From Candidatus Binataceae bacterium (GTDB lineage Bacteria > Desulfobacterota > Binatia > Binatales > Binataceae), in the NCBI GenBank assembly GCA_963789715.1, contig CAWBLQ010000012.1, positions 132,333 through 196,332 on the forward strand: a stretch of DNA of 64,000 nt, in the 5' to 3' direction. The notes under the pieces are model-generated. The model saw only the letters and a list, made by a program, of their open reading frames with translations, made no database searches and had not been told where the DNA came from. This document shows, in pieces, positions 46,410 to 56,715 of the stretch (position 1 is its first letter; each line of letters starts with the position of its first letter). The translations under genes were made by a program, and so were the position numbers.

Positions 46410-47819
46410 CTAGGAGAGCTTGACGGAGTTCACGACCTGGATTTCCGTGAAGCCGAGCAGCCCCCACGGGCCGTTTTCCACGCCGATCCCCGACCACTTG
46501 GCGCCGCCGAACGGCAGATTCGGCGCGATCGCAAGATGCTGATTGACCCACGCCGAGCCGCATTCCAGTTGCGACGCCACCTCGGCGCCGCGCGCGGAAT
46601 CGTTGGACCATACGGAACCGCTCAGCCCGTAGTGAGTCGCGTTCGCGCGGCGGACCGCGTCATCGACATCCTTGTACGGAATGACTGGCAGCGCGGGGCC
46701 GAACTGTTCTTCGTCGACGAGCCGCACGCCGTCGGAAATATTTCCGACGATCGTCGGCGCGAAGAAGTAACCTTCCTTGCCGACGCGCGCGCCGCCGGAA
46801 ACGATTTTGGCGCCGTGCTTTTTCGCGTCCTCGACCAGCTCGGTCACGCGCTCGAATTGAGGCTTGTTGTTGATTGGACCCAGCTGGGTGCCGGCCTCGA
46901 GCCCGTCGCCCACTTTGACGCCGCGCGCGAGCTCGCCGAGGTTCTCGAGCAGCGCGGCGTACATCTTTTCGGGAACGTACACGCGCTTGATCGCGCTGCA
47001 GATCTGTCCGGAGTTCTCGAACGCGCCCCAGAAAATCTTCGGCGCGACCGCCGCCGGATCGACGTCCGCCAGAATGATCGCGGCGTCGTTGCCGCCGAGC
47101 TCGAGCGTCACCCGCTTCAAGTCCGGCGCGGCCGCGGCGGCGACCTTCTTGCCCGTTTCAACCGACCCGGTGAATGAAATCTTTCGCGGCACCGGATGAC
47201 TGGTCATCCACGCGCCGAGCTCGTCGCCGCCCGAGACGACGTTGATGACTCCGGGCGGAACGATGTCGCGCAGGATCTCGCCCAGCATCAGCGTCGTGAT
47301 GGGCGTGAACGGCGAGGGCTTCAGCACGATGGTGTTGCCCGCGAGCAGGGCCGGCGCGATCTTCCACATCCCGAGCATCAACGGGTAATTCCAGGGCGTG
47401 ATCGCAGCGACGACGCCGAGCGGCTTGCGCTTGATTTCGATTTTGCCTTGCGGCGTGTCCTGAAGCACCTCGCTGGGCAAATCAAGCATCGCGGTGTATG
47501 CGCACCACATCGAGGTGCCCATGATTTCCTGGCCCGCCTTGTCCAGCGGCTTGCCCTGCTCGAGCGTGAGCGTCCGTGCCAGCCCTTCGGGCGGCTGTTG
47601 CAGCGCGGCCGCGCATTCCTGGAGAACTTTGCGGCGCGCGTTGATGTCGCGGCTCCAGGCGGGAAACGCCTTCTGAGCGGCGGACATCGCCTGATCGAGC
47701 TCGGCCTTGGTGCAATCGGGAACCTCGGCGAAGATTTTTCCGGTGGCGGGATTGATCACGCCAGTGGATTTCGATCCCTTCACCGACTTGCCGTCGATGG
47801 TCATGGTGTATCCGGGCAT
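46410..47819 (-). CDS. NAD(P)-dependent aldehyde dehydrogenase
   Basis: ITPWNYP, FTGS.ETG, LELGGND, NSGQICSA, EEQFGP, PFGG.K.SG.G. Confidence 0.94.
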   Translation of the reverse strand: MPGYTMTIDGKSVKGSKSTGVINPATGKIFAEVPDCTKAELDQAMSAAQKAFPAWSRDINARRKVLQECAAALQQPPEGLARTLTLEQGKPLDKAGQEIMGTSMWCAYTAMLDLPSEVLQDTPQGKIEIKRKPLGVVAAITPWNYPLMLGMWKIAPALLAGNTIVLKPSPFTPITTLMLGEILRDIVPPGVINVVSGGDELGAWMTSHPVPRKISFTGSVETGKKVAAAAAPDLKRVTLELGGNDAAIILADVDPAAVAPKIFWGAFENSGQICSAIKRVYVPEKMYAALLENLGELARGVKVGDGLEAGTQLGPINNKPQFERVTELVEDAKKHGAKIVSGGARVGKEGYFFAPTIVGNISDGVRLVDEEQFGPALPVIPYKDVDDAVRRANATHYGLSGSVWSNDSARGAEVASQLECGSAWVNQHLAIAPNLPFGGAKWSGIGVENGPWGLLGFTEIQVVNSVKLS

Positions 47820-47914
47820 GTGAGTCTCCTTATTGAGGGAATGATGCGGGCGAATCTCATTGATTCATTACAACGTCGGTCGCATCGCGCGCAAACCGCT
47901 GGCGCGTCTGTTCG

Positions 47915-49300
47915 TCAGCCGGCGATGTCTTCTTTCAATCCCGCCACCTTCAGCGCTTTTCGCTTTGCGCCTTTCAGGTCGTAGTACCTTCGCGTGACGA
48001 TTCGCTGCGCGTAGAGTCCGCCGCCGGCCTGCACGTTGGTGACAGCTTTCCACCCGCCATAAGCGTCGGCGGTCAGGTCGCGAATCGCGTGAAACAGCCG
48101 CGCGCGATATTCGCCGTCGATTCCATTGCTGGTGCCCATGTACTTGCGAACCAGCGGGCCGGTCACTTCGTTCTCGAGATCGGCGACGCCCGGCGCGGTC
48201 AGGATCGAGCCGCCGGAGATGTCGTGCAGATGGCGCACCATCAGGTTGTAGTTCGCGGCGCCGTGATACTTGCCGGCGTTGGTGTAGAGCTCGTCGGGGA
48301 AGGCGCCTTGGTCGGTGATCTGGCAGTTCGCGATCGCGGCCTCGAGCGCCGCGCGGATCAAAGTCGCGTGGATGAGCATCTCGGAGATCTTTTCCTTGAT
48401 GTGCCCTTCGCCAGCCAATCCGTTGGCTTCCGCGACGAGCTGCGCGAAGCCGACCAGCTGATCGCCCTCCTCCGCCATCGCTGAAAGCCCGCCGAGCCGC
48501 TCCCAGAGCCCAAGCGAATGCGCGAAGACGGCGGCCTGCGCGACCGCCCCGTCGAGGAAGATGCGCTCGTTCGGCACGAAAACGTTGTCGAGGATCACGA
48601 ATCCCTCGGGCATATGGATTTTCGCGGAGACCGGGAACACGCGGGTGTCGGGATGGCGCGGCGCGAAAGTAGTGTCGATGATCTTGACGCCGGGGGAGTT
48701 TACCGGGACCGCGCAGCCGATCGCGTAGGCCTCCTCGCCGGGCTTCATCGCCTTGGTCGGGATCACCATCAGGTCGTGGCTCATCGAGGCGCCGGTGATG
48801 TGCAGCTTGGCGCCGCGGATCACAACGCCGTCGCTCCGCCGCTCGACGACGCGCGTGTACGCGTCCGGATCGTCCTGCTTGCCCGGTGGACGGCTGCGAT
48901 CGCCTTTTGCGTCCGTGATGCATTCGACGATGCGAATGTCGCGGCGCTGCGCGGCCTGCACGTAGTGGCGGATGCGTTCCGCATACTCAGGCAGAGCATC
49001 CGCGATGCGGGTTGCCGCGGTCGTCAGCGTCATGATCGACTGGTAGGTCACGTTGGCAACGATGTCGGACTCGAGCAGCAGCGGAATCCGATCGCGCAAC
49101 TCATTCGCCGAGCGCGGAATCGCCATCAGCGGACTGACTGCGCCGGGCGCGGGCGAATAGAAGCGGTCGTAGCCATCCGCTATTCGCGAGACGCATTCGC
49201 CCAGCAGCGGATGAGTGACGATGTCGCGCACGCGTTCGCCTTCGAAGTAGGTTTCGCGGTTGTCATCCAACGACTTCTTGTATTGCTGTCCGGTCATCAT
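47915..49300 (-). CDS. 4-hydroxyphenylacetate 3-hydroxylase (HpaB) / 4-hydroxybutyryl-CoA dehydratase fold flavoprotein
   Basis: MTGQQY..SL.D.R..Y..GE.V.D...HP, TDAKGDRS, G.VIRGAK.HIT, DNVFVP.ERIFL. Confidence 0.82.
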   Translation of the reverse strand: MMTGQQYKKSLDDNRETYFEGERVRDIVTHPLLGECVSRIADGYDRFYSPAPGAVSPLMAIPRSANELRDRIPLLLESDIVANVTYQSIMTLTTAATRIADALPEYAERIRHYVQAAQRRDIRIVECITDAKGDRSRPPGKQDDPDAYTRVVERRSDGVVIRGAKLHITGASMSHDLMVIPTKAMKPGEEAYAIGCAVPVNSPGVKIIDTTFAPRHPDTRVFPVSAKIHMPEGFVILDNVFVPNERIFLDGAVAQAAVFAHSLGLWERLGGLSAMAEEGDQLVGFAQLVAEANGLAGEGHIKEKISEMLIHATLIRAALEAAIANCQITDQGAFPDELYTNAGKYHGAANYNLMVRHLHDISGGSILTAPGVADLENEVTGPLVRKYMGTSNGIDGEYRARLFHAIRDLTADAYGGWKAVTNVQAGGGLYAQRIVTRRYYDLKGAKRKALKVAGLKEDIAG

Positions 49301-49598
49301 CGCGGTTTTCTCCCAGTGCGCTTCGCGCGCGCCAACTCGCCGGCGCGTCGCGTGTGCAGTCGCGCAAAAGCCTAATGCGAAATGGCGTCAGATAAAAGGT
49401 CTGCAAGCGGAATAGCGGGGCAAGGCTTCCGGATTGTAACGTCGCGACAACTTCCGATCCCGGAAGCTTAATCGCCGCTTCACACAAAACTCGTGCGAAT
49501 TAAATTTTACTCTAATCACCGCGTAATCATCGTTCTCTATTCTCCCGCTGCCGAAATCATCCAGATCGCTTTCAACCGAACGGGGAGGAACAAAAGGA

Positions 49599-51218
49599 AT
49601 GCGAAGAAAAATCGCGCGATGTGTTGCATTGGTCCTGGTGGGCCTGCTCAGTCAACAGGGCTCTGGTGCTGCCGGTGGTCCTCCGAAGGAATTTCCTCCG
49701 CCAACCGCTACGCGCATAAAGAACCTGGTCGTCATCTTTCAAGAGAACGTTTCGTTCGATCACTACTTCGCCACGTATCCGGTCGCGGCCAACCCTGGGA
49801 ACGAGTCACCTTTCTTCGCTCAGCCGGGCACGCCGAACCTCAACGGACTCACCGGCGCGCTGCTGACGAACAACCCGAACTTTCTGAACTCCGCGAACGG
49901 CGCCGGCGCGATCAATCCGTTTCGCCTCGATCCGAGCCAGGCCGCGACCGCGGACCAGGACCACTCCTACACGCCTGAGCAGGAGGCGGTCGACAGCGGG
50001 CTGATGGATCTGTTCCCGATGTCGGTCGGAGTTGCCGGCTCACCGCCAAGTCCGCCGCCGTCGGGCGTTACCACCAAGGGCCTGACGATGGGCTACTACG
50101 ACGGCAACACCGTCACGGCGCTATGGAACTATGCGCAGCGCTTTGCGATGAGTGACAACTCATACGATACAGGTTTCGGGCCATCCACACCGGGGGCGGT
50201 GAACCTCATTTCCGGGCAGACGAACGGCGCCGTGCCGATGACGGGCAGCAACGTCAGCGCCGTGACGACCTTGAACACCGACGGTTCGCTCACCTTGACC
50301 GGCGACGCCGACCCGACGGGCGACGTCTGCTCGACGTCGAGCAGGCAGGTGTCAATGACCGGGCCGAACATCGGCGATCTGCTCAACGCTGCGAACCTCA
50401 CCTGGGGATGGTTCAACGGCGGGTTCAATCTGTCACTGACCAATCCCAATGGAACCACCGGCTGCCACCGCACTACCACCTCGGCGGTGACGGGTGTGAC
50501 GGAAAGCGACTACATCCAGCATCACGAACCGTTCCAGTACTATACGAGCACGCAGAACCTGACTCATGCGCGTCCGAGCTCAGTGGCGAGCATCGGACAC
50601 ACCGACGCGGCCAATCATCAGTACGACATCGAGGACTTCTTCGCCGCGCTCAAGGCGAACAACCTGCCTTCTGTGAGCTTCCTCAAGGCGCAAGGCTTCC
50701 AGGAGGGGCATGCGGGATATTCCGACCCGCTCGACGAGCAGACCTTTATCGTGACCGTGCTCAACGCGATCCAGCAGTCGCGCCAGTGGACTTCGACCGC
50801 GGTGGTGATTGCGTGGGATGATTCGGACGGGTGGTACGATCACCAGATGTCGCCGATCCTCAATCAGTCGGCCAGCTCGATGGACGCGTTGAGCGGCCCA
50901 GGGCAGTGCGGCACCGGTGCGGCCTCCCTGCCTGGCGTCAATCCGACTGCGCTGCCGCATGCGCAAGGCCGCTGCGGTTTCGGACCGCGCCTGCCGTTCC
51001 TGGTGATCTCGCCCTTCTCGCAAATCAACTTCGTAGATCATACGCTGACCAACCTGTCCTCTGTCATTCGCTTCATCGAGGATAACTGGCTTGACGGGAC
51101 ACGGCTCGGGGCTGGCTCCTTCGACGCTCTATCCAATTCGATCGCCTCGATGCTGGACTTCGAGCGTGGACCGGTGTACTCACCGCTGATTCTGGACCCG
51201 ACCACCGGCGAGCCATAG
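49599..51218 (+). CDS. Secreted phosphoesterase (phospholipase C / acid phosphatase AcpA family)
   Basis: Signal peptide, VVIFQENVSFDHYF, GPSTPGA.NL.SGQT, DDSDGWYDH, GPRLP.LVISP. Confidence 0.88.
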   Translation: MRRKIARCVALVLVGLLSQQGSGAAGGPPKEFPPPTATRIKNLVVIFQENVSFDHYFATYPVAANPGNESPFFAQPGTPNLNGLTGALLTNNPNFLNSANGAGAINPFRLDPSQAATADQDHSYTPEQEAVDSGLMDLFPMSVGVAGSPPSPPPSGVTTKGLTMGYYDGNTVTALWNYAQRFAMSDNSYDTGFGPSTPGAVNLISGQTNGAVPMTGSNVSAVTTLNTDGSLTLTGDADPTGDVCSTSSRQVSMTGPNIGDLLNAANLTWGWFNGGFNLSLTNPNGTTGCHRTTTSAVTGVTESDYIQHHEPFQYYTSTQNLTHARPSSVASIGHTDAANHQYDIEDFFAALKANNLPSVSFLKAQGFQEGHAGYSDPLDEQTFIVTVLNAIQQSRQWTSTAVVIAWDDSDGWYDHQMSPILNQSASSMDALSGPGQCGTGAASLPGVNPTALPHAQGRCGFGPRLPFLVISPFSQINFVDHTLTNLSSVIRFIEDNWLDGTRLGAGSFDALSNSIASMLDFERGPVYSPLILDPTTGEP

Positions 51219-51322
51219 CATAACGAAGGCCAGCTGGCTGCTAGGTTCGCAGTACTCCAACGGGCACGCGCTCTTCACGGGCGCGTGCCCGTCAATTTAC
51301 CAACGAGAGGGATGAGCAAGAG

Positions 51323-52984
51323 TTGCCGATCACGCGACGGGAGTTCTTGAGAAAAAGCGGCTTGCTGGGAGTTGCGCTGACGGCGACGTCGATGCGCGGG
51401 TTCGTCCGACCGGCGCCTAAATTCCGCCCGACTCTCAACACCGACGCGCTCGCGCGGTTCGTCGATCCGCTGCCGATTCCTCGGATCGCTCGCGCGAGCG
51501 GACTCCGCAAAGCTCCCACTGGCGCCGACGTGCCGTTCTACCGAATTGAGATGCGCGAATGCCAGGGCCGGCTGCATCGCGATCTCAATCCAACCCGGCT
51601 GTGGGGCTACGGCTCAACCTTCCCCGGCCCGACCATCGAGACGAGCAGCGGTGAGGGGCTGATGGTCGAATGGCTCAACGCTCTGCCGCCGGCACATATC
51701 TTTCCGATCGATCACAAGCTTCACGGCGCGGAGCCAAACGTTCCGCAGGTTCGTTCCGTCGTTCATGTTCACGGCGCGAAGGCGCCGCCCGACAGCGACG
51801 GCTATCCCGAACACTGGTACCCGCCCGGCAAGTCGGCCCTTGCCTGGTATCCGAACCGCCAGGACGCCGCGATGCTCTGGTATCACGACCATGCGATGGG
51901 GATTAACCGGCTCAACATCTACGCCGGGCTGGCGGGACTGTTCATCGTGCGCGACGACGCCGAGGCCGCGCTGAATCTTCCGTCGGGAAAGTTTGAAATC
52001 CCGCTGGTGCTGTGCGACCGCCTGCTCGATCGCGACCATCAGCTCTACTACCCGGATTCGGGACTGCCCGGCGCGCCCTGGATTCCCGAGGTTTACGGCA
52101 ACGTCCTGCTCGCCAATGGCAAAATCTTCCCCTACCTGGACGTGGAACCGCGCCGCTACCGCATCCGCGTGCTCAACGCCGCGAACTCGCGATTCTTTTC
52201 GTTGTCGCTCGGCAACGGTGGGTCGTTCCATCAGATCGGAACCGACTTGGGATTGCTGCCGGCGCCGGTCGAGTTGCGGAGCCTGCTGCTGTATCCCGCC
52301 GAACGCGCGGACCTCATCTTCGATTTCAGCGGTCACGCCGGCGAGCGAATCGTGCTGAAGCATCAGGCGATGGACGTGATGCAATTCCGGGTCGCGCGCG
52401 ATCCCGCACAGGAGGCCGGCGTCATGCCGTCGAAGCTCCGTCCGGTCGCTAAGCTCGCCGAGTCGGCCGCCGTCGTGACGCGGATGCTGACGCTAGTCGA
52501 GTACGACGATTACGTCGGCAACTCGATGGTGATGCTGCTGAACGGCTCGCATTGGAGCGACCCCGTTACAGAGCAGCCGCTGCTCGACTCGGTGGAAATC
52601 TGGAACCTCATCAACCTCACCGAGGACGCGCATCCCATCCATCTGCACCTGGTTCGTTTCCAGATTCTCGACCGCCGGCCGTTCGACGTTTTCGCCTATC
52701 AGCAGAATCGAACGCTGCGTTATCTCAGACCCGCCATGCCGCCCGATCCGAACGAAGCGGGCTGGAAGGACACCGTCCGCGTCGACTCCGGCGTGGTGAC
52801 GCGGATCATTGCGCGCTTCGAGGGTTTCGCCGGGCGCTACGTATGGCATTGCCACCTGCTCGAGCACGAGGACAACGAGATGATGCGCCCGTACGAAGTC
52901 GTCACCGCGGAGTCCCAGCGGGTCGCGGCGCTCACACCTCCACCGGCTCCGATGTGCATCGGCGGTCTCGCGCAGCGCAGATAG
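51323..52984 (+). CDS. Multicopper oxidase (CotA/bilirubin oxidase-like), Tat-exported
   Basis: TRREFL, HVHG, WYHDH, HPIHLH, WHCHLLEHEDNEMM. Confidence 0.92.
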   Translation: MPITRREFLRKSGLLGVALTATSMRGFVRPAPKFRPTLNTDALARFVDPLPIPRIARASGLRKAPTGADVPFYRIEMRECQGRLHRDLNPTRLWGYGSTFPGPTIETSSGEGLMVEWLNALPPAHIFPIDHKLHGAEPNVPQVRSVVHVHGAKAPPDSDGYPEHWYPPGKSALAWYPNRQDAAMLWYHDHAMGINRLNIYAGLAGLFIVRDDAEAALNLPSGKFEIPLVLCDRLLDRDHQLYYPDSGLPGAPWIPEVYGNVLLANGKIFPYLDVEPRRYRIRVLNAANSRFFSLSLGNGGSFHQIGTDLGLLPAPVELRSLLLYPAERADLIFDFSGHAGERIVLKHQAMDVMQFRVARDPAQEAGVMPSKLRPVAKLAESAAVVTRMLTLVEYDDYVGNSMVMLLNGSHWSDPVTEQPLLDSVEIWNLINLTEDAHPIHLHLVRFQILDRRPFDVFAYQQNRTLRYLRPAMPPDPNEAGWKDTVRVDSGVVTRIIARFEGFAGRYVWHCHLLEHEDNEMMRPYEVVTAESQRVAALTPPPAPMCIGGLAQRR

Positions 52985-53086
52985 GCCAGATCACATTCCT
53001 GCAACATAGCCCTGATGTGCCCGCAAGCTGCGCGACGTATATGTGCCGCTCGCAACGCCAGAAAGATTCCGACAGGGGAGACCGCT

Positions 53087-54696
53087 GTGGCAGCGACCGT
53101 TGAACGCTCAATTCCGGCAAATGTTGCGATCGGCGAAAAGCTTTCCAGACGCCCGGGCGCCGGTGGAATCATTATCTTTGGATTGATTCTCGCCGCGGGC
53201 CTGTTTTATGTGGCTAGCCATCTGGTCTCCGACCTGAGTGTCGAGCGGATTACCACGATCCGCCCATACCTGATGCTGGGCGGCGCGCTGCTGATAGCGC
53301 TCGGCTTTGAGTTCGTCAACGGGTTTCACGACACTGCCAACGCGGTTGCGACCGTAATCTATACGCACTCGCTGGAGCCGCACGTCGCGGTCACCTGGTC
53401 GGGAATCTGCAATTTCTCGGGAGTGCTGCTGTCCAGCGGCGCGGTAGCGTTCGGCATTTTGTCACTGCTGCCGGTCGAACTGATTTTGCAAGTGGGCAGC
53501 GCGGGCGGCTTTGCGATGGTTTTCGCGCTGCTAGTCGCTGCGATGATCTGGAATCTCGGAACATGGTACCTGGGCCTTCCGGCATCGAGCTCTCACACAC
53601 TCATCGGATCGATCATCGGGGTCGGTATCGCCAACCAGTTGATGGCCGTGAAGACGGGCACCAGCGGCGTGGATTGGGGGCAGGCTGCTAATATTGGTAA
53701 GTCGCTGCTGGTATCGCCGATAGTGGGATTCGCGCTGGCCGCCGGGCTGCTGCTGCTCGCGAAAGCGCTGATCACGGACAAGCGCCTGTATGAGGCTCCT
53801 GAGGGAACCGAGCCGCCCCCATTTTGGATTCGTGGCCTGCTGATTCTGACCTGCACGGCTGTGAGCTTCGCGCACGGCTCGAATGACGGTCAGAAGGGCA
53901 TGGGACTCATCATGCTGATTCTGATAGGTCTCGTGCCAACCGCCTATGCGCTCAATCGCGCCGTGCCGGCAAGCGCTACGGCGGACTTTGTCGCGGTGTC
54001 GACGCAGGCCGTCCAGGTTCTGGATCAGCATGTTTCCAAGGACGCGGTCGTCCCGGGAGATCCACGCGACGTCGTGCAGGAGTACATCCGGTCCAAGACT
54101 TTTACCCCCGACACGATGCTAGCCCTGCGTCAGATCGTCAACGATATCTCCAACGAGCTGAGAATGTACAAGGCGATGGCCAACGTGCCGCCGCAGTACA
54201 CCCGTAACTTCCGCAATGACATGTACCTCACAAGTGAGGCGTTCCGGCTTATGAAGAAGCAGGCTAACCCCGCTTTTTCCGCGAGTGATTGGACGGCGCT
54301 CGACAACTACAAGAAGCACATCGATCTGGCGACCAAGTTCATTCCCGGATGGGTAAAGGTCGCTGTCGCGATGGCCCTTGGCTGGGCACGATGGTCGGCT
54401 GGAAGCGAATCGTCGTTACCGTCGGCGAAAAGATCGGCAAAGATCACCTGACCTACGGACAAGGAGCGGCTGCCGAGATCACCGCGGCAGCGACGATTGC
54501 GGCCGCCGACTACTACGGGCTTCCCGTCAGCACTACCCATGTGTTGTCATCGGGTGTCGCAGGCACGATGATGGCCAACAAGTCCGGGCTGCAACTCGAG
54601 ACGGTGCGCAACATCGCGATGGCATGGATTCTAACGCTGCCGGCTTCGATTGTGCTCGCGGCGTTCCTGTTCTGGCTGTTCCGCAATGTGTTCTAG
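53087..54696 (+). pseudogene. pit: Pit family inorganic phosphate transporter, frameshifted near 54382 (possibly a sequencing error)
   Basis: NGFHDTANAVAT, PASSSH and HGSNDGQKGMG in the first frame; GTMVGWKRIV.TVGEKIGK and PVSTTHVLSSGVAG in the second frame. Confidence 0.88.
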
Positions 54697-54725
54697 GCGT
54701 CATGCGCATGTGCTAGGGAGATGAC

Positions 54726-55160
54726 ATGGCATTCCCGTTCAAACGAATCCTGGCTCCGGTGGACTTCGACGAAAGCTCGCTCAGCGCGCTCGAGCTCGCC
54801 GCGCAACTGGCCAAACCGAACGAGGGCACCGTCTTCATTCTTCACATAGTCCCGGTCGACATGGACGTGAGCGGGATGCCGCAGTACGTGGATCTCATCA
54901 AGCGCCAAGAGAGCGTCGATCGCGACAAGCTAACAGCTATTGCCAAGCAACATCTGGCGGACGTGAAATGGGAGATCCTCGACCAGATGGGCCCGCCCGC
55001 GGAGGTCATCGCCGAGGTCGCGGCCACGCTGCCCGCGGACTTGATCGTGATGGTTACGCACGGCCGGCGCGGACTGGCGCGGCTCGTCGAAGGCAGCATC
55101 GCCGAGAAAGTGTTGCGCAATGCTCCGTGCCCGGTCCTCGCCGTCCGCAAGGAGCAATAG
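54726..55160 (+). CDS. Universal stress protein
   Basis: ILAPVDF...S, DLIVM.THGR.G.....GS.AEKVLR.APCPVL. Confidence 0.92.
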   Translation: MAFPFKRILAPVDFDESSLSALELAAQLAKPNEGTVFILHIVPVDMDVSGMPQYVDLIKRQESVDRDKLTAIAKQHLADVKWEILDQMGPPAEVIAEVAATLPADLIVMVTHGRRGLARLVEGSIAEKVLRNAPCPVLAVRKEQ

Positions 55161-55268
55161 GAAATCGGATTCGATTGACTGCATCGATACGCCGCGCCGG
55201 CGGGGAGGCCTCGCGGCACGAAGTGACTGACTTACCTTAGCTCGCGCAAAGCGCAACAATTATTCGCG

Positions 55269-56675
55269 ATGCCTGAATTCGATTTCGACCTCGCTGTCGT
55301 CGGCTCCGGTCCAGCCGGACATCATGCCGCCATCCAGGGCGCCAAGCTGCGCAAGCGCGTCATCATGATCGAGCGCAAGCCGATCGTCGGCGGCATCTGC
55401 GTCAACGTCGGAACCATTCCGAGCAAGACCATGCGCGAAGCCATCATGTATCTATCGGGCTATCGCGAACACGCTATCTACGGCGATTCGTACCGGGTCA
55501 AGGAAAAGATCACTTTTCAGGACCTGCTGGTCCGGGTCGATCCGGTTGTGCGTCACGAGATCGACGTATTGCGCCATCAGCTCTTGCGCAACGGCGTCGA
55601 ACTCACCACGGCGCGAGCGAGCTTTGTCGAACCGCACGTTCTCCACCTCGAAGATAAATTGAGCGGCCTGCAAAGACGTATAAGTGCTGCCACGATCGTG
55701 CTGGCCGTCGGCACCGAGGCGGTCCGCGACGGGCGCGCGCCCCTGGATGGACACCTTATCTTTTCCAGCGACGACGTCATGCAGCTCGACGAGCTTCCGC
55801 GCACGCTCGCCGTAATCGGCGCGGGCGTGATCGGCTGCGAATACGCGAGCATGTTTGCGGCGCTGGGCGTGCGCGTGACGCTGATCGACATGCGCCCGCG
55901 GCTGCTGGACTTCGTTGACGTGGAAATCGTCGAAAGCCTCATTTACCACTTGCGCGAACGGCGCGTGACGTTGCGCCTGGGCGAAGAAGTCTCGTCTATC
56001 GAGGTGTTCCGCGAGAACGGCCAGAACCACGTGCGCACCTGCCTGGCAAGCGGAAAACAGATCGTCACCGACAAAGCCCTGTCGAGCATGGGCCGCAACG
56101 GAGCGACCGGCGATCTGAATCTCGCCGCCGCGGGCCTCGCCGCCGACGCGCGCGGCCGGCTGAAAACCAACAGCGACTACCAGACCGTCGTCGAGCACAT
56201 CTACGCGGTCGGCGACGTAGTCGGGTTCCCCAGTCTCGCGTCCACGTCGAAAGAGCAGGGACGCATCGCAGTATGCCGCGCCTTCCATGTCCCCGCGACC
56301 CATTCGCCGGAATTGTTCCCTTATGGAATCTACACCATTCCCGAAATCTCATTCGTCGGCGCCACCGAAGAAAGCCTGACCAACAAGGGCGTCCCGTACG
56401 AAATCGGCAAGGCGGCCTACCGCGAAGTTGCGCGCGGCCAGATTATCGGCGACAGCAGCGGAGTCTTGAAACTGATCTTTCATCGAGAGACCCGCGAATT
56501 GCTCGGCGTCCATATCATCGGCGACGGCGCCGTAGAGCTGGTGCACATCGGCCAGGCCGTCATATCGCTGAAAGGCACGATCGACTACTTCGTGAATACG
56601 GTTTTCAACTATCCTACCCTTGCCGAGTGCTATAAGAATGCGGCACTCGACGGCATCAACCGCCTAAGCGCCTGA
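55269..56675 (+). CDS. sthA: Soluble pyridine nucleotide transhydrogenase
   Basis: GSGPAG, C...GTIPSKT (single Cys), GAGVIGCEYA, GDV.GFPSLASTS.EQGR, FNYPTLAECYK.AA. Confidence 0.9.
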   Translation: MPEFDFDLAVVGSGPAGHHAAIQGAKLRKRVIMIERKPIVGGICVNVGTIPSKTMREAIMYLSGYREHAIYGDSYRVKEKITFQDLLVRVDPVVRHEIDVLRHQLLRNGVELTTARASFVEPHVLHLEDKLSGLQRRISAATIVLAVGTEAVRDGRAPLDGHLIFSSDDVMQLDELPRTLAVIGAGVIGCEYASMFAALGVRVTLIDMRPRLLDFVDVEIVESLIYHLRERRVTLRLGEEVSSIEVFRENGQNHVRTCLASGKQIVTDKALSSMGRNGATGDLNLAAAGLAADARGRLKTNSDYQTVVEHIYAVGDVVGFPSLASTSKEQGRIAVCRAFHVPATHSPELFPYGIYTIPEISFVGATEESLTNKGVPYEIGKAAYREVARGQIIGDSSGVLKLIFHRETRELLGVHIIGDGAVELVHIGQAVISLKGTIDYFVNTVFNYPTLAECYKNAALDGINRLSA

Positions 56676-56715
56676 CGCGTTGCGCCAGCGCGCGAAGAAA
56701 TCCGGGTTGGCGGTC

